Assembly: GCA_964621195.1 (NCBI GenBank)
Contig: CAZULJ010000001.1
Location: forward strand, 33,200-97,199
Direction of reading: 5' to 3'
Length of the DNA stretch: 64,000 bases
Source: an uncultured Candidatus Saccharibacteria bacterium
GTDB lineage: Bacteria > Patescibacteriota > Dojkabacteria > SC72
Every line of letters begins with the position of its first letter. Positions within the stretch are counted from its first letter, which is position 1. This document shows positions 37,262-46,796 of the stretch, piece after piece. Under the pieces are notes generated by a model. The model worked only from the letters and a program-made list of their open reading frames with translations. It was not told the DNA's origin and made no database searches. Both the position numbers and the translations under genes were made by a program.

Positions 37262-39319
37262 ATGCCTACTGCCAGTACTACTGTTAATTTTAAGGTAAAG
37301 AAGAGAGATGGTCGATTAGTTGATTTCGACCAGGAGAGAATAACTACGGGCGTATTTAAGGCCGCAGAGAGTGTTGGTGGGCATGATAGAGATAGGGCTC
37401 AAGAAGTTTCAGATGAGATAGTAAAAAGGTTAGCTAAAAAGCATAGTGAAGAAAAGTATGTATCTGCAAATGAGATTGCAAAGGTTGTAAAAGAGACCCT
37501 TAAAGAGATGGGACATGGTAAAACTGCTGTTGCTTTTGAACTTTTTGTTGATCTAAAGAACAAGGTAAAGAATATCAAATCCTTGATAGATGCAGAGTCA
37601 TTAGTAAAGGGATATATAAAGGAGGAGGACTGGAGAGTCAAAGAGAACAGCAATATGGCTTACTCTTGGCAGGGTCTTAATAATCATATTTCTTCATCTG
37701 TACAAGCAAACTATTGGTTGTATACCATATATCCTAAACATATCTCCAATGCACATATTAATGCAGATATACATATTCATGACTTAGGTATGTTAGCAAC
37801 ATACTGTTGTGGGTGGGATCTTAAGGATCTCCTAGTAAAAGGGTTTACAGGTGTACCTGGGAAGATTTCCTCTGGCCCTGCAAAGCATTTTGGTGCAGCA
37901 CTTGGACAGTGTGTAAACTATCTTTACACCCTTCAGCACGAAGCAGCTGGTGCCCAAGCATTCTCTAGTTTTGACACCCTACTCGCTCCATTCATCAGAT
38001 ATGACAAACTTTCGTATAAAGAGGTAAAACAGAAGATCCAGGAGTTCCTCTTTAATATGAATGTGCCTACAAGAGTTGGATGTCAGACACCATTTACAAA
38101 CATTACTATGGACCTTATACCCCATGGTATGTTAGCAAATGAGAATGTAATAATTGGTGGTAAGCCACAAAAAGAGAAGTATGGTGATTTCCAGAAGGAG
38201 ATGGACATGTTAAACAAGGCCTTCTGTGAAGTTATGATGGAAGGTGATGCTCAAGGTAGACTATTTTCATATCCGATACCAACTTACAACCTAACAAAAG
38301 ATTTTGATTGGGAGAGTCCTAAATACAAACCTTTATGGGAAATGACTGCAAAATACGGCATCCCTTACTTTTCCAACTTTATTAACTCCGATATGAGTCC
38401 CGATGATGCAAGATCTATGTGCTGCAGATTAAGACTTGATAACAGGGAGCTTAGAAAGAGAGGTGGTGGACTTTTTGGTGCAAATCCTCTTACTGGGAGT
38501 ATTGGTGTAGTAACGATAAATATGCCTAGGATTGGGTACTTAGCGACTGATGAGAAAGATTTCTTTAATAGGTTGGACGAATTAATGGAGATTGCAAAGG
38601 AGAGTTTAATGATTAAACGTGCGAATATAGAGAAATATATGGAAATGGGATTGTATCCATACTCCAAATTCTACTTAGCTGATGTTAAAGAAAGATTTGG
38701 TGAATACTTTAAGAATCACTTCAATACGATAGGGATATTGGGTCTTAATGAGGCATTAGTGAATTTCCTTGGAAAAGATATTACTACAAAGGGAGGAAGA
38801 GAGTTTGGTCTTAAGGTTATGGATTACATGAGAGAGAAGCTAATGACATATCAGATTGATGAGAATCAATTGTTTAACTTAGAAGCTACACCGGGTGAGA
38901 GTACTACGTATAGATTTGCGAAAGCAGATAAGGCTAAGTTTGGGGATGATATAATAGCGGCTTCTGATATAGGAAAGAAGAACGGTTCTGCGCCATACTA
39001 TACAAATTCTTCTCAATTGCCTGTCGGTTTTACAGATGATGTTTTTGAAGCATTAGATAACCAGGATGATTTTCAATGTAAATATACTGGAGGTACTGTT
39101 TTGCATATATTCTTAGGTGAAAGAATGCCCTCTATAAACAGTGTAAAGAATTTCGTAAAGAAGGTTGCCGAGAACTACAAACTCCCATACTTTTCTATTA
39201 CACCAACGTTTAGTGTCTGTCCAAAGCATGGCTATATGCCGGGCGAGCATGTGTACTGTCCGAAGTGTGATACTGAATCCGGCTATATAGACGGAATGCA
39301 GTTTGATGAAGCTATTTAA
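37262..39319 (+). CDS. nrdD: anaerobic (class III) ribonucleoside-triphosphate reductase, catalytic chain lacking the glycyl-radical tail
   Basis: ATP cone (VKKRDGR), HIHDL, YCCGW, SMCCRL finger loop, YTGGT, C-terminal CPKHG...CPKC; no RVxGY motif. Confidence 0.93.
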   Translation: MPTASTTVNFKVKKRDGRLVDFDQERITTGVFKAAESVGGHDRDRAQEVSDEIVKRLAKKHSEEKYVSANEIAKVVKETLKEMGHGKTAVAFELFVDLKNKVKNIKSLIDAESLVKGYIKEEDWRVKENSNMAYSWQGLNNHISSSVQANYWLYTIYPKHISNAHINADIHIHDLGMLATYCCGWDLKDLLVKGFTGVPGKISSGPAKHFGAALGQCVNYLYTLQHEAAGAQAFSSFDTLLAPFIRYDKLSYKEVKQKIQEFLFNMNVPTRVGCQTPFTNITMDLIPHGMLANENVIIGGKPQKEKYGDFQKEMDMLNKAFCEVMMEGDAQGRLFSYPIPTYNLTKDFDWESPKYKPLWEMTAKYGIPYFSNFINSDMSPDDARSMCCRLRLDNRELRKRGGGLFGANPLTGSIGVVTINMPRIGYLATDEKDFFNRLDELMEIAKESLMIKRANIEKYMEMGLYPYSKFYLADVKERFGEYFKNHFNTIGILGLNEALVNFLGKDITTKGGREFGLKVMDYMREKLMTYQIDENQLFNLEATPGESTTYRFAKADKAKFGDDIIAASDIGKKNGSAPYYTNSSQLPVGFTDDVFEALDNQDDFQCKYTGGTVLHIFLGERMPSINSVKNFVKKVAENYKLPYFSITPTFSVCPKHGYMPGEHVYCPKCDTESGYIDGMQFDEAI

Positions 39320-39337
39320 TATTTTACTGTCCATATT

Positions 39338-39475
39338 ATGACTAAGAAGCAAAAACCAGTAACCAGACAAAGATGCGAGGTATACTCAAGAGTTGTCGGT
39401 TACATAAGACCTGTTACTCAATGGAATCCTGGGAAACAGTCAGAGTATAGCGATAGAGTAACATTCTCTGCCTAA
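39338..39475 (+). CDS. stand-alone glycyl-radical domain of class III RNR (45 aa, not in ORF track): MTKKQKPVTRQRCEVYSRVVGYIRPVTQWNPGKQSEYSDRVTFSA
   Basis: EVYSRVVGYIRPV..WN.GK..E..DR is the NrdD radical-Gly motif; its TAA overlaps the nrdG ATG (TAATG). Confidence 0.88.
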   Translation: MTKKQKPVTRQRCEVYSRVVGYIRPVTQWNPGKQSEYSDRVTFSA

Positions 39476-40170
39476 TGCTTATCTCTGGATTTCAAAAATC
39501 TACACTTTTAGACTACCCTGGTAAGGTTGCAGCTTTGATATTTACATATGGCTGCAACCTAAGATGTGGTTACTGCCATAATCCAGAGTTAGTAATATTA
39601 CCCTGTATTAAAGAGAATATCGTTCCTGATACGGAGGTCCTCGATTTTCTTAAAGAGAGAGCTCATTTAATAGATGCTTTAGTTATTACAGGTGGTGAGC
39701 CTACATTACAAAAGGACTTAATTCCTTTTATCAAAAAGGTAAAGTCTTTAGGTCTACTCGTTAAATTAGATACAAATGGTACAGATTCGAAGACAGTAAA
39801 AGAAATACTAGATCTAGATATTGTCGACTATTGGGCTATGGATATTAAATACGAAGAAGAGCTCTACCAACAGAATTTAGAACAGAATGTTGAATACAAA
39901 GATATTGTAGAAAGTATCGGACTAATTATGGAAAGAGGAAAAGAGTATGAATTCAGAACAACGTATGTAAAAGGTATACATACAGTAGAGTCTGCAGAAG
40001 GCATTGGGAAGTTAATAAAGGGTGCAAAGAATTATTATATCCAGAACTTTAGACCTGGTAAGACAATAAACCCATCATTAAACAATACGAACTCTTTCAC
40101 TCATAAAGAGCTCATGCGTATGAAGAGAATCATCTCCAAGTATGTAGAGAATGTAGAGATAAGGGAGTAG
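39475..40170 (+). CDS. nrdG: anaerobic RNR activating protein (radical SAM)
   Basis: DYPGK, GCNLRCGYCHN, ITGGEPT, KLDTNG, YEFRTT. Confidence 0.95.
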   Translation: MLISGFQKSTLLDYPGKVAALIFTYGCNLRCGYCHNPELVILPCIKENIVPDTEVLDFLKERAHLIDALVITGGEPTLQKDLIPFIKKVKSLGLLVKLDTNGTDSKTVKEILDLDIVDYWAMDIKYEEELYQQNLEQNVEYKDIVESIGLIMERGKEYEFRTTYVKGIHTVESAEGIGKLIKGAKNYYIQNFRPGKTINPSLNNTNSFTHKELMRMKRIISKYVENVEIRE

Positions 40171-40175
40171 ATATC

Positions 40176-40829
40176 CTATACATTAGGATTATCTAAAACC
40201 TTTATAACCTTTCCATTTATAATAGAATTACTGTTAATATCAAGATAAATTGGTTTGTGTATTGGATTACTTGATTGTGGGTATAGTATTACCATATCTT
40301 CCTCTCTTTTAATATTTTTAACTGTTGCTGACCCATCTACAATTGCCAACACAACATCTCCATCTTCTATTTCAGAATCTTTCTGTACAATTAGGTAGTG
40401 ACCTTCTTCAATATTCTTACCATCAATATCTCTTAAGTTCATTGAGTCACCTTTAACAATCAAGGAGAAAAGACCCTCTTTCTTACCTATCAAACTCCTA
40501 TCAAGTTGTAATACTCCCAGATTTTGCTCTTCTGCAATTACAAGAGGAGTACCAGCGTTTGCATATCCAAGGATAGGTATACCAACAAGGTACTCGTAAA
40601 TCATATCACTGTCGGATTCTTCAATGATTTGTATACCCCTTGGTTCGCTTGTTCTAATTATAAAGCCCTTCTTTTCTAAAGCCTCTAAATGGCTTACAAC
40701 GCCTCTTTTTGTGGTAATACTAAGCATTCCCTGTAATTCAGTAAGAGAGGGAGATTTTCCATTTTCTAGATAGAAGTCTCTTATAACCCTAAGTACTCGA
40801 TCCTGTTTTTCAGTTAATTTTCCATCCAT
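40176..40829 (-). CDS. lexA: SOS repressor LexA
   Basis: LTEKQ..L wHTH, HLEALEKKGFI, ANAG cleavage site, VKGDSM catalytic Ser, ATVK catalytic Lys. Confidence 0.95.
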   Translation of the reverse strand: MDGKLTEKQDRVLRVIRDFYLENGKSPSLTELQGMLSITTKRGVVSHLEALEKKGFIIRTSEPRGIQIIEESDSDMIYEYLVGIPILGYANAGTPLVIAEEQNLGVLQLDRSLIGKKEGLFSLIVKGDSMNLRDIDGKNIEEGHYLIVQKDSEIEDGDVVLAIVDGSATVKNIKREEDMVILYPQSSNPIHKPIYLDINSNSIINGKVIKVLDNPNV

Positions 40830-40835
40830 ACAAAA

Positions 40836-40901
40836 GGTATACTCAACTTATTACCCTAGTATACCACCGATAGTATACCCTGCAACTACTTATAGTATAC
40901 C
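40836..40901. repeat. four copies of AGTATACC upstream of lexA
   Basis: GGTATACT 40836-43 (inverted copy); TAGTATACC at 40857, 40871 and 40893. Confidence 0.65.
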
Positions 40902-40963
40902 GTTGTTATTGTTTATATATAGATATATACTTTAGTTATATAAATTATGAGTATCTCAATACA

Positions 40964-41302
40964 ATGGCAGAGGAAAAAGAAGCCAAGAAGGTTTATACCT
41001 TAGAAGAGATTAAGTTCAACGAGAAGAACAAGACTATGGCTGTTCTTGCTTGTATTCCTATTGTAGGCCTAGTGCTTATGTTCATAGAAAAGGATGATCT
41101 TTTTGTAAGATATCATGCAACACAGTTTGCATTCTTTAACTTACTCTTTGCAGTTGCTTGGTTCCCTCTAATAGGGCAGTTAATTGCTCTTGCTGCATTT
41201 GTAGCCTTTATCCTAGGGTTGGTAAAGACATCAAAGGGAGAGAGATTTGATATGCCAGTACTTTCTGATCTTGCATTAAAAGTAATGAGTGCATTAGATT
41301 AG
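40964..41302 (+). CDS. DUF4870-like small membrane protein
   Basis: EKDDLFVRYHATQ, three TM helices, G.RF.MP. Confidence 0.8.
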   Translation: MAEEKEAKKVYTLEEIKFNEKNKTMAVLACIPIVGLVLMFIEKDDLFVRYHATQFAFFNLLFAVAWFPLIGQLIALAAFVAFILGLVKTSKGERFDMPVLSDLALKVMSALD

Positions 41303-41322
41303 AAATCGTTATTAGCTTAAAC

Positions 41323-41354
41323 AAAAAGGGAGAGTCACCTCTCCCTTTCTTTTT
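41323..41354. terminator. bidirectional intrinsic terminator
   Basis: AAAAAGGGAGAG-tcac-CTCTCCCTTTCTTTTT between convergent genes. Confidence 0.85.
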
Positions 41355-41370
41355 CGTCATATACTTATGC

Positions 41371-44300
41371 CTACTCTCGTATATCCTGTTGCCAGTTACC
41401 TCTACCATTTAGGATCCTTACAAAGTAAGACTGTAGTGTGTTGATTGGGAAGTCAAAACCATACTCAATATCTACTCCATTCTCATTGGTTATCTGTAAT
41501 CCATCATATCTTTGGACATCTGATTCCCATCTACTTACATTATCTGCAGTAAAGTCTACTGGTTCATATGAGTTAATACTTTGTATTAAACTCTTGGCTG
41601 TATACTGCTTTACATTTGTTCCATAGGTTCCAATCAGATTCCATCCTGGATACAATGTTATTGGAGCACTGTCTGCAGAGGTATCAAACAATACAGGATA
41701 TCCTGAGAGCGATATTGAACCACTACCTTTAGATTTTAGTATATATCCAACCCCAGGAACAAGCTGGAAGTCCTCTCCTTCAAATTCTCCACCGTTAGTA
41801 CCGACAATATCCCAAGTTCCATCATACTTTGCAAGGGAGAAGAACATATTATCAAGGGATTCATTCAGGTAAGATAGCAGACCATATGCTGTTCTCTGGT
41901 TGTAATCTGAAAGAAGGAATGGTACTGAAATAAAGTTATAACCAGCCGTAAAGTTATATGAAAAGTTTTGATGAACTTGAGAGACCTTAATTATAGAAGC
42001 TAAATCGGAGATCTTATTATCAATACCCTCATCATATTTATTATTAGAGTTTGTATCTATATATACTCTAACGGTACCATTTTGTAAATCTGCAGAGTCA
42101 ATATCAAGCAAGTAGGTAACTCCCTCTAGTTCGAATATATACCTTCCAGCATTTAGTATGTTAATAGATGATGATGTTTGATCTATTACATATTCTGTAT
42201 AGCTAGGTTCCTCTTCTTGTGCGAATACTTTCTTACCTAAAATCTTTTCGATTAAGAAAGAACCTGGAGCCGTCGGTGTAACCGTTGGGGTTATGACTGG
42301 TGTCTCCACTGGCTGAATTACTGGATCGTCGGCGCAGGATGCCTCATCTGCAATAGTTGTTGTGACGGATTCTCCATTGGAATTCTTTTTATGACAAAGA
42401 CAACTCACATATATGGTCTTGGCGATGTCACAAGTTTCAGGCGCAGTGATTTCAAGCACTGGATGCGCACCAACGTAACCATCGCCGCCTTCGTACGTTG
42501 AGCAATTTTCACTCTGGCTCACATTATCAGTCCTAGGAATGTATGAATAAACGCACTGGCATCCGTCTGGATCCTGACAGGATACCATTCTCGGAGCGTC
42601 AGTATCAAACGAAATCGTACAATGATACCCATCATCTGCTGAAGAGGTGCTACAACTAACTGGACCATCTGGTTCATTATCTGAGGAATCCCCTAAAGAT
42701 GAAGCAGAAGGACAGGGGGATCCACAACGTACACTTCTATCAAGAGCTTCATTATTGTATGTACAAGAGCACCCATCTGGATCTTCACATTCTCTAGGAG
42801 ATGTTGTACCTGCCATATTGTGTGCAGAAGCATACCCATTGTCTTCTATTTCACAGATATCAATATCTTCACCACTCCCTGTACCCTGAGTTTCAGCGGG
42901 ACAACTCTCATTACAACTTACTGAAGAGTTTCGACTTGTATCGCGATATTCACAATCACAGCCATCTGGATCCCAGCAAAGACGAGCCAATGTAAGGGAA
43001 GACATGTCGTATACCGTTGCAGTCTCATCCCCTTGCTGCTCACAAGGGAGGGTACGATCTCTATCATCTGTAGGATCAACACATAAGGGATCATCTGCAT
43101 ATGTAGCAGTATTCCATTGGCACGGCTCTCTATCATTAGGGGTAAAAATACTGCCATTTTGATTGGACTCACAGAGAGAGTTATTTATATTCCCCCAATA
43201 TCCTTCTTTAGAAACTCCACACTCCTTACATTGCCCACTGAAGAAAACTCTATCTCCCTTGGAACCACCACCTGCACAACCACAATTTGATGTGCATCCG
43301 ACCTCTTGAGCAGCTTCTGCTGCACTGGCATTCTCCTGCTTGTCACAACCCCTTGCTTCATATGTTGATTGTGGATCACATTCACAGTCGTTCCACTTAT
43401 TTTCTGCATAATAACCACAGCTACAATATCCTATCCACAGACAACTTCCAGCATTAACACTCTTTATGGTTCCCTCTGGTAAGATGTTCATAGTATCGAT
43501 TCTTATTAAACCATCTGGATTACTTGCATCTTGAACAATATCCCTGGCATTTAGAACAATCGTCTCTGCAGGAGAAATCTCGTTTATACTCACGGTCTTT
43601 TTCCAACTACCATGGGGACCTGCATTAACAATAATCTCCCCCAATATATTTGTTATCTCAGAATTTAACCTATCAAGGAATTTTTCTCCATTGGAATCAG
43701 TAGCTGAAGAAATATCTAAATACCAAGAACCCGTTCCACTTAACGATGATGAAAAAGTATTACTTCTTTCATTTGTATTTTCGTCTACAAGAGTAAAATA
43801 TATAATTCCATCAGTAAGAGGTTTCAAACTATCAACTGGGAGATCCTTACCCTCGGAATCTTTTACAAGACCATATACAGGGTGTGGTGTTTGAATACTA
43901 GATGGTAAAACCTCGGTATTAATATTGAAGTCATCAGAGAAAATCCCCATATTATAGAAGAAGAAACCATCGCCAATCATCACTCGGTATGAAGTACTCT
44001 CTTCCAAACCTACAACTTCTACATGATGAGTATAATATGAGCCTCTATCTTTAATGACCCTCTCAACAACAAAGTCTGTGATTTTAACCCCGAAACTATC
44101 CCTTTGATCTGCATTTTTACCAGTTTTATCTCTTGAAGATAGTTCCGCATTTCTTTCATCCCTCGTGTCATTATAAAGTTGATCAAATGGGAAAATGGCA
44201 ACAGGCAAAGAATTCTTTGTATCAATTACTGTTATGGCACCTTTCGTTGGAAATCTAGTACTCCAGCTTACAGTAAAGGAGCTAGAGGAAACATTTGTAA

Positions 44301-44430
44301 CCTCTATATCCTTAGGGATTGTTCTTACAAATCCAAATACTAGTAGAAGTAGAAATAGTACTAGGAGAACAATTGAAGAAATTTTAAGAATCTTCTTCAC
44401 CCTATACTTAGTAATGATACTCTTATCCAT
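41371..44430 (-). CDS. large membrane-anchored Cys-rich extracellular protein (Fn3-like N-terminus, CxDPDGCxCxY repeats, GYNFIS/GWNLIG C-terminal repeats)
   Basis: N-terminal TM; VTNVSSSSFTVSWST...HHVEVVGL Fn3; three DPDGC repeats; Pro/Thr linker; paired G(W/Y)N.I motifs. Confidence 0.8.
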   Translation of the reverse strand: MDKSIITKYRVKKILKISSIVLLVLFLLLLVFGFVRTIPKDIEVTNVSSSSFTVSWSTRFPTKGAITVIDTKNSLPVAIFPFDQLYNDTRDERNAELSSRDKTGKNADQRDSFGVKITDFVVERVIKDRGSYYTHHVEVVGLEESTSYRVMIGDGFFFYNMGIFSDDFNINTEVLPSSIQTPHPVYGLVKDSEGKDLPVDSLKPLTDGIIYFTLVDENTNERSNTFSSSLSGTGSWYLDISSATDSNGEKFLDRLNSEITNILGEIIVNAGPHGSWKKTVSINEISPAETIVLNARDIVQDASNPDGLIRIDTMNILPEGTIKSVNAGSCLWIGYCSCGYYAENKWNDCECDPQSTYEARGCDKQENASAAEAAQEVGCTSNCGCAGGGSKGDRVFFSGQCKECGVSKEGYWGNINNSLCESNQNGSIFTPNDREPCQWNTATYADDPLCVDPTDDRDRTLPCEQQGDETATVYDMSSLTLARLCWDPDGCDCEYRDTSRNSSVSCNESCPAETQGTGSGEDIDICEIEDNGYASAHNMAGTTSPRECEDPDGCSCTYNNEALDRSVRCGSPCPSASSLGDSSDNEPDGPVSCSTSSADDGYHCTISFDTDAPRMVSCQDPDGCQCVYSYIPRTDNVSQSENCSTYEGGDGYVGAHPVLEITAPETCDIAKTIYVSCLCHKKNSNGESVTTTIADEASCADDPVIQPVETPVITPTVTPTAPGSFLIEKILGKKVFAQEEEPSYTEYVIDQTSSSINILNAGRYIFELEGVTYLLDIDSADLQNGTVRVYIDTNSNNKYDEGIDNKISDLASIIKVSQVHQNFSYNFTAGYNFISVPFLLSDYNQRTAYGLLSYLNESLDNMFFSLAKYDGTWDIVGTNGGEFEGEDFQLVPGVGYILKSKGSGSISLSGYPVLFDTSADSAPITLYPGWNLIGTYGTNVKQYTAKSLIQSINSYEPVDFTADNVSRWESDVQRYDGLQITNENGVDIEYGFDFPINTLQSYFVRILNGRGNWQQDIRE

Positions 44431-44549
44431 AGAGATAATATGTTTTTTGATGTTAAATCTTATACTTTAATATAGTACATATGGTGCCCTTACTTTGCAA
44501 TATCCTTTTTTAATTGAAATATCTATGATAAAATTCACCTGTTTAGCAT

Positions 44550-44626
44550 CGGGGAGTAGTTCAGTTGGCTAGAACGCTGCGTTTGGGACGCAGAGGCCGC
44601 AGGTTCAAGTCCTGTCTCCCCGACCA
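44550..44626 (+). tRNA. tRNA-Pro(TGG)
   Basis: CGGGGAG/CTCCCCG acceptor stem, anticodon arm CTGCG-TTTGGGA-CGCAG, GGTTCAAGTCC T-loop, encoded CCA. Confidence 0.97.
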
Positions 44627-44630
44627 TACA

Positions 44631-46796
44631 CTACTTTCTCAAAAAGATTCCGCTATTACTCTCTAGTTTTACATCATCTCCAAATATTTGACCGTCTTCT
44701 TCTTCCCTTCTGTAGTTAAATCTGGCCAGTTCCTTAGACCAGACCCCTACGGTATCAATATCAATACTGTTTTTCTCCATTGCGGAGATAAGAGAGGATG
44801 CTTTGGAAGACTTGGTATAAAGAGAGCCTCCAACTAGGTTCCATCCGGGTTGTATCTCTAAATACTTAGCAGAGGAGTCTTTCCACCCATCTAGTTCTAA
44901 TACAAACTCCTCAGAAGAAACAATTAGATATCCTTTGTTTTGTTTTAGATAGAAGTCATTACCAGCGAATGGTAGCTCTTCAGACTTTTTTACAAGATCC
45001 TTCCATTCATATCCTTCAAAGTTACCAATCAGAAGTATATTACTGTTTGTTTTAATAACCTCAGAGGCATACATTTCTTTTGCTTGGTAAACAGGTGAGA
45101 AATCAAAACCTACAAAATTAATACCCTTCTCGATTGTAATCTTGTAAGTAGAAAGGTTGTTTCTAGCTTTACATTGAGACTCAGTAGTAACATCTACCAA
45201 GTAATCATCCGCAATAGATTTCGGTAACCACTGGTACGAACCATCTCTTAAGAAACATGCTCTGTTGTTGGCATACTCCTTACAAGCTTGAGAATTAGCA
45301 ACACTAGGTATCTGATTTTTACAAACACTCTTTGGGTACCACTTAATATCATTTTCTAACTGACAACAAACACCTGAATAGTCGACTTCACATGCTCCCG
45401 CAACCTTGTCTGGTATTTCTACTGAATATTCGAGCTTGCCACCATATACTGATCTTCCCACTTTCCATAAATCGTCACAGGTTTTACCTTCAACATTATT
45501 CTCATAGTCACCTCTAAGATCTTCTCTGTTATCTATCTTAAGAGCACAGCAAATTGACCCATCGGTATCTTCCCAACCTCCACCTCCATCATCATCTCCA
45601 CCACCGTCATCTTCACCTGAAGGTGGGTATCCATTTATCTTACTTGGTAAACTTCTTCCATTTGTAACCCAGCTATATACAGTCTCTATCTGCTTGTAGT
45701 AATCAATACCATCTTGTCTTTTTACAGGATCATCGGTATTACAATTTCCCCATTTATACATATTCCCCCACGCTTCCCAATAGTTTAATCCTGGACAGCT
45801 ATATTCAAATTTTAATCCTAAAAAATGTGTAATCTGTTTATCAAAGTTCTGAGGAGGAACAGAACCTAAACCGTGTATTCCAAAATCTTCAATAAGACCA
45901 TAAAGGCTCATATTCTGGGTGTAGTTGCTAGCACCAGATTCATTTAACCATATTGAAAGTGTAAATGCAGGATCAAAACCAGCCCTCTTAGACCTATATA
46001 CAACATCGTTGTAACACTCTGAGGCATAGTTCTTTCCTCTACCAGCTACCCATCTCGTAGCAAGGTCTGTATAGCCCTCTTTTGTTGATCCAGGAACACT
46101 TTGTGCACTTACACTCTCGTTGCAATTTATTTCAGATGCAAATATCGAAGAAATATATGATTGAGAAAGAATATTCCTCCTGTCTGTATAACCGATATTC
46201 TTTATCTCTGTCCCCTCATCTATATCAACTCCTTCAAATGAATATATGTCTACAGCAATTCCACCGAATCTATTTGCTGTATATGTCTTAATATCTGAAT
46301 ATTTCTCCTCAACAGGATCATATGCAACAAGGTATACCTCTTCGTTGGGAAGAGTTTGTATTTCTCTAACTTCTGGAATAGTGATTTCTTCCTTAGATTC
46401 CTTAGTTGTGAAAACAAATTCCTTAATCAAAAATTCCTGTATATCTTCAGAGTTGCTCTCGGATGGTAATACCCAATCTCTATTTCCATCTGAAATAACA
46501 AAGGTATATGTACTAGACTCTTTTAGTCCTTCTAATTTAACTTTGTGTATTTTTGAAATTTGATCTTGTCCAAAGAGTTTTTCATTTTCTCCAATTTTCA
46601 CATATGTGGGTAGTTCTGATGCGCTCTTCCAAGAAATGGTTACGGAATTGCTTTGTATATCAGAAAGTAAAACATCATAAGGGGAGTCCTTAACATAGGC
46701 CTGGTACTCTACAAGTTTGAAAATACCAAAGGAAACAGCTATGAGCCCAAAAACAGCTCCAACAAACAAAATGAGAAATTTCTTTGATACTTTCAT
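44631..46796 (-). CDS. membrane-anchored extracellular protein with Fn3-like, lysozyme-like and Cys-rich regions; architecture parallels 41371..44430
   Basis: TM; SVTISWKS...HKVKLEGL; DPAFTLSIWLNESG; ICCAL/VCCQL; GINFVG and GWNLVG C-terminal motifs. Confidence 0.78.
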   Translation of the reverse strand: MKVSKKFLILFVGAVFGLIAVSFGIFKLVEYQAYVKDSPYDVLLSDIQSNSVTISWKSASELPTYVKIGENEKLFGQDQISKIHKVKLEGLKESSTYTFVISDGNRDWVLPSESNSEDIQEFLIKEFVFTTKESKEEITIPEVREIQTLPNEEVYLVAYDPVEEKYSDIKTYTANRFGGIAVDIYSFEGVDIDEGTEIKNIGYTDRRNILSQSYISSIFASEINCNESVSAQSVPGSTKEGYTDLATRWVAGRGKNYASECYNDVVYRSKRAGFDPAFTLSIWLNESGASNYTQNMSLYGLIEDFGIHGLGSVPPQNFDKQITHFLGLKFEYSCPGLNYWEAWGNMYKWGNCNTDDPVKRQDGIDYYKQIETVYSWVTNGRSLPSKINGYPPSGEDDGGGDDDGGGGWEDTDGSICCALKIDNREDLRGDYENNVEGKTCDDLWKVGRSVYGGKLEYSVEIPDKVAGACEVDYSGVCCQLENDIKWYPKSVCKNQIPSVANSQACKEYANNRACFLRDGSYQWLPKSIADDYLVDVTTESQCKARNNLSTYKITIEKGINFVGFDFSPVYQAKEMYASEVIKTNSNILLIGNFEGYEWKDLVKKSEELPFAGNDFYLKQNKGYLIVSSEEFVLELDGWKDSSAKYLEIQPGWNLVGGSLYTKSSKASSLISAMEKNSIDIDTVGVWSKELARFNYRREEEDGQIFGDDVKLESNSGIFLRK

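Noticed and set aside
44550-44626. tRNA-Pro as an integration site for an island or prophage
   Set aside because: No integrase and no duplicated tRNA 3' end seen in the window.
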